From Chiloscyllium plagiosum (Eukaryota), in the NCBI RefSeq assembly GCF_004010195.1, contig NC_057711.1, positions 76,966,685 through 77,030,684 of the forward strand: a stretch of 64,000 nt of DNA, written 5' to 3'. A model generated the notes under the pieces. It was given only the letters and a program-made list of their open reading frames with translations. It had not been told where the DNA came from and searched no databases. Positions 36,943 to 47,832 of this stretch are shown here, in pieces (position 1 is the stretch's first letter; every line of letters starts with the position of its first letter). Both the position numbers and the translations under genes were made by a program.

Positions 36943-37569
36943 CAAAAGAACCTCAATTATCAGAGTATCAATTATCTGAATTTTGGATTATCTGAAGAAG
37001 ATCTCGAGGTCCCGCAAAAACATTACATCAAAGAGGCATGTGTATTTGATTTACCTGTACTGAAGAACATGTGAAAATACTGGCAAAAACAAAGAAACAC
37101 AAGCACCTCGAGCATCAGCAACTGGATATTTTTTTAGGTAAGGGTTTTAGATTAGATTAGATTAGATTAGATTACTTACAGTGTGGTCAGTCGCCCGAGG
37201 CGGGAATTGAACCCGGGTCTCTGGTGCTGTGAGGCAGCAGTGCTAACCACTGTGCCACCGTGCCGCCCCACCGTGCTGGGTTAGTTCACAGCTCTTTGTA
37301 AAAGTAAGTGTTTTACAGTCCAGGGTATTCCTGTCACTTTATCGGGCCGTTCATGGAAAAAATGGCCGAGAAAGTAAACGCAAGCATGAGGCGGCGCTAT
37401 CGCAACACTAAGTTCCTGGAAACTGACAAATGCTCTTGCAATCGTAGAAGCTGTTTGGAACCTTGTTTAATGGCTTTCCTTGTTTAAGATAGAATCGATT
37501 ATCCAAACAAGGTGGGCGGGCACTATTTCGTTCAGATAATTGATTATTCAGATAATCGAGGTTCCTCTG
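36943..37569. mobile_element. Tigger/TcMar-type MITE
   Basis: Ends caaaagaacctcaattatc / gataatcgaggttcctctg|ta, with subterminal attatc repeats. Same family as 43068-43777. Confidence 0.75.
37147..37268 (-). mobile_element. Internally deleted HE1 SINE nested in the MITE
   Basis: Reverse complement is the tRNA head joined directly to cacactgtaagt(aatct)n tail. Confidence 0.85.
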
Positions 37570-38049
37570 TATTAAACTTTTGACATCATGAATTAGTAAA
37601 TGTGTCAAGCCCAAAGCACTATTGAATGTAATTTTTGGAAGTCACAAGATCCTTAACAATCTAGAAAATATTCAAATTATCCCATCTCTTTCCAACTTTC
37701 TTCAAACAGTCCTTAACTAATCGCAACAAAAGCTGCATCAAGTGCAACTGAACCTCTCCTGGGGATAGACATTGAAGTTCCTGTCAGAGTACATTCTTGT
37801 TATATTCAGTGTTTTGTCCAGAGGTGTTTTATGTATGGGTGCAAAGACTCATCAGCTGAGGGGCTTCGAGCAAAGGATTAGTGGCAATTAGAGAAAGGCT
37901 TGATTGCCTACACTTAACTTGAAATCACAAGTCATCATGGGATGCGGTGTAAATTTTGAAGATACCCAGGCCGAGAACTTCCGGACTTTACACCACTTAA
38001 TGTCACCTCTGTTTGGTTTGTTCTGCCACAGAACATACTCGTGATGGAG

Positions 38050-38560
38050 GAGGAGGAGTCTGTCCATTGAAAGGTATGATTCAGGAAGACTAATTATGTT
38101 AGACTGCTGCTTGACCAATATATGAGACAGCTCTCACAATTTTGACACAAATCCATTTATGTTAGTGATACTAACTTTGCATGATCACCTGGCCGGGCAT
38201 GTTTGAATCTGATGCCTAGGTCAGTGCAGATAATTAATTGGCTTTATGGCTATTTGACATTTTCATAATGTCCATAGCTTTTTAGGACAGTTACGAGACA
38301 AGCACATTGATGAAGTTCTGGAGTCACATGTAGTTGAGATGAGCTAATGATTGCAGATATTATTCCTTAAAGGTCATTAGTGAACCAGAGGGCTTTTTAT
38401 ATTTACAGCTGGTAAATTCATAAAGATCACTCAGATTAGCTTGTTATTCTGAATGCATTTAAATTAACTGAAGTTAATTTCCCCAGCTGTTGTGGTAGAA
38501 TTTGAATTCATATCTCTGGACTCTTATTACACCAGGCCTCTCAGTTATTAGTCTGGTACG
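38050..38560 (-). mobile_element. Old LINE fragment (second CR1/L2-group family, probable)
   Basis: gactgctgcttgacc...gagacagctctcacaattttgacacaaatcc, followed by a SINE/LINE-tail-like segment (ggtcattagtgaaccag). Confidence 0.4.
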
Positions 38561-39573
38561 TAAAGTCACCACCACACCTGTAAACTGGGGATGTGAGCAT
38601 GGAAAACTGTGAAACACTTCCTCGCTTCCTGGGAACCACCTTATGGGGCATATGATGCTGTCACTAAAATATGGGACTGAAATCCGGGGTTCTCTAATAA
38701 GTTAAGATGCAAAAGGTCTAAAAACTGGAACCAACCTGCCTGAAGTCTCCAGTTTTGATGAAGGCTGGACAAGAAGATGGCAATTATTTCCCTTACAGGA
38801 GGCTGGTTGGTCATTTAACTATTACAAATAATGCAGACCTTGGGAAACATGTCAGCTGAAAGAAGACCTGAGAAGTTGAACCCATACCTGAAGGGTCTGA
38901 AGGAGAAAGAATGTGTCCTTCATAGTCAACAAGGTTTCCACTAAACACCTTCACTGCAGTGATTGGCTCTCCTCCACCACATCCAAAACTCCAAACAATT
39001 CTTGGACAATTCCCATATCCCAACAATGGGCAAAGGAACTATTCCCAAACCTTTCCTCACAAAGGTCTTTCTCACTCCGACCACAGTCCTGCACATTGCC
39101 TTCCTGGCCAAAAGGCTTCAACCTTGTGAATCAGGTGGCCTTTGAGTAGTTACACCAATAAAACAATACTGCAGTTAAGTTCTGCACAGTGTCTATGGAA
39201 CTCAGTCTTGTGGATTTCTGAAACACAACAGCTTTCCTACTTAGCACCCATCTCTACATTAAAATTCAGGCCACGGCCTCAGAGATATTTCTTTCTATTT
39301 TCATTGCATAAATGAGGCATCTCACATTTAATGATAGACGGGGCAGAGAATTTGAGAAACAGTAAAATCTGTCCAATATTTTACAGGACTAAAGAAATTG
39401 TTAATAAAACTTTTCCACTCTACTGGAGGCTGTCTTTACACAGGGGGAATGAACTGGGTAAGTTTCAAGTTATTTCCTGATATTAACTAATGCTTGTTTG
39501 CTACCAAATTATTCTATAGCAATTTTAGTGTAAACTAGAGTTTCTTTCTGAGAGCTCATGAGCATGGGATGAT

Positions 39574-39904
39574 GGAACGGCATGGTGGCTCAATGGTTAG
39601 CCCTGCTGCCTCACAGCGCCATGTACCCGGGTTCGATTCCAGCCTCTGGCACTGTCTATGTGGAGTTTGCACTTGCTCCCCATGTCTGCATGGGTTTCCT
39701 CCCACAGTCCAAAGATGTGCAAGTTAGGTGGATTGGCCATGCTGAGTTGTCCATAGTGTTCAGGGATGTATAGGCTGGGTGCATTAGTCAGGGGAAAGGT
39801 AAAGTAATAGGGTAGTGGAATGGGTCTGGATGGGATATTCTTCGGAGAATTGGTATGGACTGGTTGGGCCAAATGGCCTTTTTCTACAATGTAGGGATTC
39901 TATG
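39574..39904 (+). mobile_element. HE1/V-SINE
   Basis: Head ggtggctcaatggttagc...gggttcgattcc; tail gtagggattctatg. Confidence 0.9.
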
Positions 39905-41128
39905 AAAAGAAAATTCAGTGTAGTACAAATGTCTTTTGTTTCTCTGTATTCTTAATATAATGCTAAAATGAACAATGAACTGTTTTAAAACCGAAAATTG
40001 CTGGAGGATTATTTCATATTTTGAAAGCGAGTTAACTTGACACTCATTTTAAGCACAGTTTACACATTGCCTGCTTGAACCGCAGTTAAAGTAAGGTTGC
40101 AGGCAAACTGGGATGGAAGGATTCTATACAAATAGAGCTTTGGTTAGCAAAAAATAGATGATTGGTTTGTGGACAAGTCACCAGTTATTGATGAGAAGGC
40201 CTTCTGTTTGCCAACAACTATGTGATTGGTTCTCAGTTAGCTGAATAGCTTGGGAACAGGATACATAAAATCTTTCAGACCATTAGCTCATGAGCTCCCT
40301 ACAATAAAAACCAATTAAATCTGAAGAAAACCAAGTTATTTTCCCTCCAACAACTACTGTAAACTGTGATTTTAAAGTAGCCTGTCTGAATGTTTTAAAA
40401 GTGAATCAGCCATCCTGTGCCTCTTGTAAATAAATGGAACCATCAGGATGAAGACCAAGGAGCAGGATTCTGACCAACGCAAGAATGATCTCAGGTACCA
40501 CTGAACTTTGTTTTCACGCTTTCCTTCCATCTACAAGAGACTTTTTTTTGTCTGCGTGTAAGAAAAATAGCGCTTTAATGAGTAGAGTTATATGCCAATG
40601 GTTCATAATTGTTTACCTGTAGTTAAAGTCTAATTATGCCAAACTTTATTTTAATTGGCATCTTATCAATCAGCACTCTTGATAAACCATAAAAAATTAT
40701 ATGTCTCAAATACTGTGAACTACTGTGAGGTCCAAGTATTTAGGCTGTAAATAAGATATAACAGCGATGCATATACCCCCTAAATTATGTTTCTATTACT
40801 TATTATGTGTTCTTATATTGATTTTAGAAGGTGTATAGACATGTTTACGTAAATCTTTTGAGGGATGTTGATGTTTGAAAGCTTCACTTGGTTAGGGTTT
40901 CCTGCAGTTATGTGTACCTCGATTATCCGAAATACTTCATCAACTGGCACACTCCTAGTCCCATAGTTGATAGTTAATGAAAAAAATTGGCGGTACTTTC
41001 AATAAATAGTCATCTTTATTAATTACAGAAACCTGAGTTTAAATTTTACAATGATTCCAGGTAGAGTGCAGTTTAATTTCTAATGTACTACTCCCTTTAG
41101 GCAGAAGGGCGAATGGTTTCATCTATTA

Positions 41129-41318
41129 AAACAAAGGACTGCAGATACTGAAAATCTGAAACAAAAAAAATGCTAGAGAAGCTTACCAAGTCTGTGGAGA
41201 GAAAACGGAGTCAATGTTTCGAGCTCAGTGACCTTTCTTCAGGTCGGCACACCCTTCTGAAGGGGCACCGGACTCGAAATGTTAACTCTGTTTTCTCTCT
41301 GCAGATGCTGCCAAACTG
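41129..41318. mobile_element. Fold-back Penelope-type terminal-repeat element (family C)
   Basis: Inverted arms tctgtggagagaaaacggagtcaatgtttcgag / ctcgaaatgttaactctgttttctctctgcaga. Homologous to 58452-58690. Confidence 0.65.
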
Positions 41319-41469
41319 CATGTATTTGTATGTTGGTTCCTTGTACACTACTAAATATCTCACTCAAACCCCTGAAGAAGAATCATAGCCAGTTTATATT
41401 GTGCCATCAGAATAAGAAAATGTCTTTCTGTAGCTCTGAAAACAAACAGCTGGTGCATGCATATACTTA

Positions 41470-42430
41470 TTTTTCAACTGAGCATGGGAATTAGGAGCCT
41501 CTTCAACTCACCTCCACCATTCAATATGATCATGACTGATCAGACTATGGCCTTAATTCCCCGACATTTATCTTCCCCCTTAAACATGGACTCCCTACAT
41601 GGATAAAAAAAACCACTATCTAACTGAATATATTAAATGACCTAGCTTCTGCTGTTTTACTAGAGTATAAAATTCTAATGATCTGTGACCCTCAGAAAGA
41701 AGAAATTCCTCATCACTTTCTTAAATGGGAGATCCCTTATTCAGAAATTGTGTCCCTTAGTTCTAGATTATTTATGAGGGGAAACATTCTCTTCTGTCAA
41801 GTCCCCTCAGAAAATGACATTTTGCAATAATGTTTTTCATTCCCAAAATGTAGGCTCAGACTCCAGAGTTTCCTCAATCAACCTTGCTAACCTTCTCTGA
41901 ACCAACTCCAATGTAAGTACTCCCCCTCCTTAAATAATGAGTTCAAAGCTGTAAGTGACAGTTTAGGCCTGGTCACACCAATGCCCTGCACATTTCTGAC
42001 TAAACTTTGCTACTTTTATATGCTACTCTTCTAGCAATAAAGAAATAGCTTCCATTTGTCATTCTAATTACACATGGGCATCCAGATCCATCTGTACCAC
42101 ACTATTCTGCAAGTACTCTTCATTTAGAATAAAAATTCTTCTCATTTTTTCCTTCCTATTAAGATTACAACCTCACATTATCTTCAATCTGCCTCCATTT
42201 TGTCCACTTACCTCAACTATCTTTACATCTTCGCAGAAATTTTTTTTGATCTTCCTCATATCTTGCTTTCCTACTAATCATCGTACTGTCAATAAATCTG
42301 GTGAAAATACAGTTCCTTTATCCAAGTCATTAATGTAGATTGTAACTAATGCAGACCCCAGCATTGGTCTTTATGGCTCTCAATGTGTTAGATTGTCAAC
42401 CAGAAAATGTCCCATTTATCCTAACTGTTG
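41470..42430 (-). mobile_element. Old CR1 LINE 3' fragment
   Basis: 3' tail-like catgggaattaggag...cattcaatatgatcatgactgatc; gtaccttattc/ccttatttc-type CR1 landmarks; tccaagtcattaatgtagat (IYINDLD in reverse). Confidence 0.6.
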
Positions 42431-43067
42431 CCCACCACAAAAAAAACCCAGAAATTTCTGGAAAAGCTCAGCAGAGTCTGTGGAGGGAAATCAGACTTAA
42501 TGCTTCATGTCGAGTGAGCAAGAGTCACTGTGGCAAGGTGTACATAATTAGACTATATCTACAGGTAAACAGATATAAACCAAAGGCATGTAACGCTACT
42601 AACTAAAACTCTAATTCCCTTATAAGCTCCCCTAACATACACACAAACATTGACAACCAAATGAATAAACTAGAATACTGGTGGAGGTCGAAAAAAAACC
42701 CATGGAAAGTCAGTTCAGTGATCTTTGCTTCCTGATGCCCTGTGTTCAGTTGACTTTTTCTAGAAGCTTCCAAAGATTTTTAAGAGTATCGCACAATTCA
42801 ATTGGAAAATGTTGCTGATTTCAATTCAAAGGCCATTGCTCACAGCTACTGCTGCAGAAAAGGAAACTGGTTTTCAAATTAAATATGATTTATTTTTTAC
42901 ACTACAGAGAACAGTCTGCTTCTGCTGGGGAGAACAACAGCACACCTTTCTCTCTCTCTTTCACTGTATCATTGTTGTTGTAACTTTATTTCAGTAACAA
43001 TCTGATCAGTTAGTGAGAATCAATCAACATTATTTGTGAACAACTCCTTGGCTCCTGATAATCTGTA

Positions 43068-43430
43068 CAAAGGAACCTTGATTATCCGAATAACAATTAT
43101 CCGAAAATCGGATTATCGAAGGAGATCGAGGTCCCGATGGAAACATTACATCAAAGACGTGTTTCCAACATTGATCGCGTCTTTTGATTACAGTGATTAA
43201 ACAGGCACCGTCTCCAAATGACTGACCTCCCGCCCTCCCTCTCTTTCCCCCCCATACTTTCCCTGGAGTTCTACACAGGGGTGTACCCAAAAACCCCCGT
43301 TCCCCACATAATCTCTCCAACATTGTCCTGTACAGGGCAAAGGTGGAATTGGTCAAAAACTTGCAATAAAAAGTTGTGGCTGTGGCTGTGGCTGTGTGTG
43401 CGCGTGTGCGCGTCAGTGTGTGTGTCAGTC

Positions 43431-43468
<38 letters not shown>

Positions 43469-43777
43469 TGTGTCAGTCTGTGTGTGTGTCAGTCTGTGTG
43501 TGTGCGTGTGTGTGTGTTTACCCCACAAAGGCAAATGCAGCAGTCTTGTTGTTGGTGTCCAGTCCAGCTGCCCCGGAGACGGTGTGGTATGGGGGTTGGA
43601 CGGCATCGGGGTGGGCGGGGACTCATATGCTGTGTGCTGCTGCAGTCTCCTGAATGAGGAGCAGACTTTAAAAACTCCGAGCCCCAGAGGAAAGGCATTT
43701 AATCGATTAACCGAATAATCGATTATCCGAACAAAATAGTGCCTGCCCATCACGTTCGGATAATCGAGCTTCCCCAG
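43068..43777. mobile_element. Tigger/TcMar-type MITE containing a compound (TG)n microsatellite
   Basis: ta|caaaggaaccttgattatccgaa ... ttcggataatcgagcttccccag; same family as 36943-37569. Confidence 0.75.
43376..43517. repeat. Compound (TGTGGC)n/(TG)n microsatellite
   Basis: Directly visible. Confidence 0.95.
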
Positions 43778-44104
43778 CATATTGTACAAACACACAGACA
43801 CAAAAACAAATGGCTCATGACAGCTATTGAATTCTTTGCTGTAAAAGTTTGCAGCCCTCCTAGTAAATCCTGCTATTTCAAAATAGAACGGTTCTTCTAT
43901 AAACTAGCCCATAGTTTGTACAGACACAAAAATAAAAAGGTAGTCATTACAAATTCCAAAATGAAATAGGACTCTATTTCTGTGTACTTAAATTAATATG
44001 CAAAAAAACCCTCCATATTATAAAAGCTTTTTAAATTATTATAAATATAAAATTCAGCAAACAAATGTAGTGAAATCAAGAGGTGAAATTTACATTACTT
44101 AAAT

Positions 44105-44232
44105 AAAACAAAGAAGTGCAAATGCTGGAGATCTGAAACAAACAAAAGCAAAAACTGCTGGAGAAACTCAGATCCAATGGAGAGAAAACAGAGTGAACAT
44201 TTTGAGTCCGGTGATGTATCTTCAAAACTGAA
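44105..44232 (-). mobile_element. Single arm of family C Penelope-type repeat, about 30 bp from the exon donor
   Basis: aaacaaagaagtgcaaatgctggagatctgaaac...ggagagaaaacagagtgaacattttgagtcc, homologous to the 41129 and 58452 arms. Confidence 0.6.
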
Positions 44233-44264
44233 GAACAGGAAAAAAGGACAGAGAAATTACTTAC

Positions 44265-44423
44265 TCTGTTGCATAGTTCATCATTGTCAGTGTAGATGGC
44301 AACTTGCTGAATTGCTTCACCACCATCATTTAGGAAGAAAGTCATCAAGACAAGAATGTCATAACCATGCCTTCCAGTAAATACTTTTAAATCATCAACA
44401 ACATTTGGACGAGATAGAAAGGC
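44265..44423 (-). CDS. PRUNE2: PRUNE2 internal coding exon (DHHA2 region; probable equivalent of human exon 7)
   Basis: Acceptor ...tgtgttgcag| and donor AGA|gtaagt; 159 bp, phase 0-0, open. Encodes AFLSRPNVVDDLKVFTGRHGYDILVLMTFFLNDGGEAIQQVAIYTDNDELCNR, recognisably similar to human PRUNE2 (DLKAFTDKFGFDVLIL...RQIAVYSENMELCSQ, from memory). Splices in frame to the giant exon. Confidence 0.92.
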
Positions 44424-44817
44424 CTGCAACACAGATAAAGAAACAATGACTAACAAAGAAATCCATTAACAAATCATTAAATCCTGTTTACATCTTATTA
44501 GCAATTTCAAAGCTGATGCAATCTCAGCAGATAATTCTCTCAGGAGACAATTGCACACAGTATTTTATTCTTTACTTCTTTTGCGTTGACTAGATTTTGC
44601 TTTGAAAATGACAAATCTGATGGCATTGAAAGGAAACAGAGTGAGAATGGATGGTAACAGCAAGCTACGTGATGTTGTAAGATTGAAATGACTACACCAG
44701 AATCCCAAACAAAATAATGCATCAAAAAAGTTTGCATCATATTTTGTGAAACAAGATGTTCCAGATGTTTCATTTTTAATATTTCTGAGAATATTAATGA
44801 CAGAATGTGCTATTAGC

Positions 44818-45480
44818 CATAAGGCATAGGAACAGAAGTAGACTTTTCAGACCATCAAGTCTGCTCTACATTCAATGAGATCATGGCTGATCTGACTGTC
44901 CTCAACTCTACTTTCCTGCCTTACCCGCCATAATTCTCAATTCCCTTGCTGATTAAAGATCCATCTATCTCAGTCATGAATAGACTTAATGCTATCCTTA
45001 ACTTTCTGATTAACCATGTTTGGCTTATTCCGTTTGCAGAATCCTTCTGTGTCATTGAGATATATGTTGCTGTGAGCGATAACCTATTTTCTTAAATGTC
45101 TGCCATCTCTCCTCAACTGTCTTTGCTGGTCAACACCTTTTCCAATCCATTCCAGTTGGCTCTGCCCTTGGTTGTTTGTAATGAACCTTATTTAAGCTTA
45201 GCACATCACAAATTCTTCCCTCTCAAACTGAATGCTAAAATCTACCATATTATGGTCACTATTTCCTATGGGATCTTTAACTCTGACACCATTTATTAAA
45301 TGTGCCTTATTACGTATCACCAGATCCAAAATATCCTCAACCCACTTGTATCCATAACACTGTTCTAGGAAACTGTCCTGAATAAACTCTATTGATTCTT
45401 CCTCTTGGCTACCCCTTCCAACCTGACTATCCCAATCTATTCAGCAATATCATGTTACTCTTATCACTTCAGTACTCCTT
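44818..45480 (-). mobile_element. Old CR1 fragments (3' tail plus endonuclease piece)
   Basis: cataggaacagaagtagac...cattcaatgagatcatggctgatctg tail; catattatggtcactattt (SDHNM in reverse). Confidence 0.55.
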
Positions 45481-45620
45481 CAGGATTCAGCCCTCCAACC
45501 TAATTAGAACAATGCCTCATCTGTCCTACCATGATTTGGAGATGCCAGTGTTGGACTGGGGTGTACAAAGTAAAAAATCACACAACACCAGATTATAGTC
45601 CAACAGGTTTAATTGGAAGC

Positions 45621-45657
45621 ACACTAGCTTTCAGAGCGCTGCTCCTTCATCAGGTGG
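45621..45657 (-). ncRNA. Putative minimal type-I hammerhead ribozyme
   Basis: Minus strand: CCAC CUGAUGA A GGAGC-agc-GCUCU GAA AGCU A GUG. Intact core, 5-bp stem II (one G-U), palindromic AGCU stem III, 3-bp stem I. Confidence 0.6.
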
Positions 45658-46225
45658 TTGTGGAGGACACACCTGTAAGGCACAGAATTTATAGCAAAAA
45701 TTTACAGTGTGATGTAACTGAAATTATACATTGAAAAATACCTTGATTGTCTGTAAAGTCTTTTATCTGTTTGAATATGATGATAGTTTCACTTCTTTCA
45801 CGTGTAAATCACAAAACCTTTTTTTAAAAGTTGCATTCTCAGGTTAACTGTAGAAATTGGTGTTAGCTAGACAATATGTTGAAGGTGTTAGCCCCCTGTG
45901 TCCTCTGTCTATGCCATGATGTTTAGAATTGATTCTAATCTAAAAAGTGAGATAACAAAGTTTTACATGAATTCATGCAGTTTTTGAGCAAAGTACAATG
46001 TAACTCTGTAAGTACAAATTCACCCCACAAAATATAGGTGTGTGTGTGTGCGCGCGCGCGTGTATGTATCTGTCTGTCTATCTGGGTTGGGGGGTTGTGA
46101 ATGTGAGAGTGAGTATATATGTGTGTGTGTAGTGAGTGTAGAGTGTCTTAAGTCTGTGAGGGGGTGCATGTGGGAGTGTGTGTCTGGGGTGGGAGGTTGT
46201 GAGTGTCTGTGAGAGAAAGTGTATA

Positions 46226-46587
46226 CAGTAGCACCTCGACTTACGAACTTAATCTGTTCCGGGACCCGGTTCGCGAACCAAAAAGTTCGCGAACTGAATC
46301 AATTTTTCCTATCGTTCGGATGGCGTAAGAATGCTTGGACGGCTGTTCACAGCGCACGCTCCAAAGACGAACTGAATGAGATCACGCGGGACCCGAGAGC
46401 TTTTGAGTCCAACAAGCGCGTAGCAAAGCAGAACAATGAAACCACGTGGTCGCACACGGGCTTTTTGCATTCGTACCTTCGTTCATACCTGAATTTTGTA
46501 CGTCGTTGAAGCAAAATTTTATGTACAATCCTGTTTGTAAACAGATTTGTACGTGAATGGGGTCGTTCGTATGTCGAGGCACTACTG
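46226..46587. mobile_element. Tigger-type MITE nested in the Penelope element
   Basis: TA|cagtagcacctcgacttacgaac ... gttcgtatgtcgaggcactactg|TA: roughly 23-bp TIRs with TA duplication. Confidence 0.9.
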
Positions 46588-47339
46588 TATGTGTGTGCAT
46601 GAGTGTAGAGTGGTCTAAGTTTCTGAGAGGATGCATGTGTGAGTGTGGGAGTTTGTGTGTCTGTAAGGGTGTGTGAGAGTGTTTGTGTTGCCTGTGTGTG
46701 TGTGTATAGGAGTGCCTGTGTGTGTGTGCGCGTGCATGTGTAAGAGTGTCTGTGTGTGTATAGTGCAATGGTGGTCACCTGTAGTGTCACATGAACCCGA
46801 GGTCCCGGTTGAGGCCCTCCCTATGGGTATGGAGCTTAGCTATCAGCCTCTGCTCGGCCACTTTTCGCTGCTGCCTGTCCTGAAGTCCGCCTGTCCTACC
46901 ATGTGTGCTGTCAACAAATTGCTAAATCCAATATTCCATTACTAGCAGGAAACATCAGTATCATTACAGCCTTGCAGCTTCACCACCAGCTGGTTTTGCT
47001 TTGAATTTGCCTCAAGAGACGGTAAGGCTGACTCCATGATGCTTTCATCTCCTCCATATGAAACTACTTTGAATAGGAGCCTTTGTAAAGGTTTGCCAGG
47101 TCAGGACCCTTATTCAGTTACTTTCAATAATAATAATCTGATTTATTATAAACATACTTCAAATATATTAATGGGATACAGATTGTAAGCTGGCCAGATT
47201 GTAAGTGTATGGATAACAAAGATTTGCACGGATTACTTATTTGAGGGTGAAACATAGGAAACTGTCTAGGAGACATTTAATAGTTGAGTAAAGGAAAGAA
47301 AATTATATTAGAGTCACCCTGCTTTTGACTGAATTGTGC

Positions 47340-47532
47340 AATAGCATCTTTTACTTGCACCTAACAGAGCAGATACAGTCATGGTTTAACATCTCATCCA
47401 AAAAATGGTACTTCTGGCAGTGCAGCACTCATTAAGTACTGCCCGACGTATGACCATTCATTAGTTTGTCACATCTCTGGGTTTTGAACCCATAATCTTC
47501 TGACGAATATGCTTTCACTGAATCAAGGCCAA
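47340..47532 (-). mobile_element. Deu-domain SINE (SacSINE1/AmnSINE-like), old
   Basis: ggtttaacatctcatccaaaaaatggtacttctggcagtgcagcactc matches the Deu-domain pattern as remembered. Confidence 0.6.
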
Positions 47533-47832
47533 TACAGGCATGATAGGGTGTTACAATGCCAAGAGGCATTTAGTGTAGTAGATAAGGTAGTTAAGACCCA
47601 ATAGGGTTAACTGACATCAAAAAGTAAGCTCCATCGTTGGAATACAGAATAAAGGACTATTACTGGGAGGAACTAACAAGTGCCCCAGTGTTTTTCCTCA
47701 GATAAAATGCTTAATTCAAAGACACTTGGGTTAGCAGCCCTTGCTAGAAGTCTTATGTTCTTTTTAAACTTTCTTTACTTGAGATCTGCACTGTTCCTTT
47801 ACTTCACTGGTTCTGCCTTCACCAACCCACAC

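Larger units (their letters stand above)
45534..46890 (-). mobile_element. Penelope-like element 3' part (GIY-YIG C-terminus, CA-rich UTR, terminal repeat), family B
   Basis: 13-bp target duplication ctgtcctaccatg at 45521-45533 and 46891-46903. Minus strand from 46891 reads GGLQDRQQRKVAEQRLIAKLHTHREGLNRDLGFM, a typical PLE GIY-YIG end. Hammerhead core near the far end. Confidence 0.85.

Noticed and set aside
43218..43801. Cys/Val- or His/Thr-rich ORFs
   Set aside because: Translations of (TG)n/(CA)n microsatellite inside a MITE; the same applies to 46347-46945.
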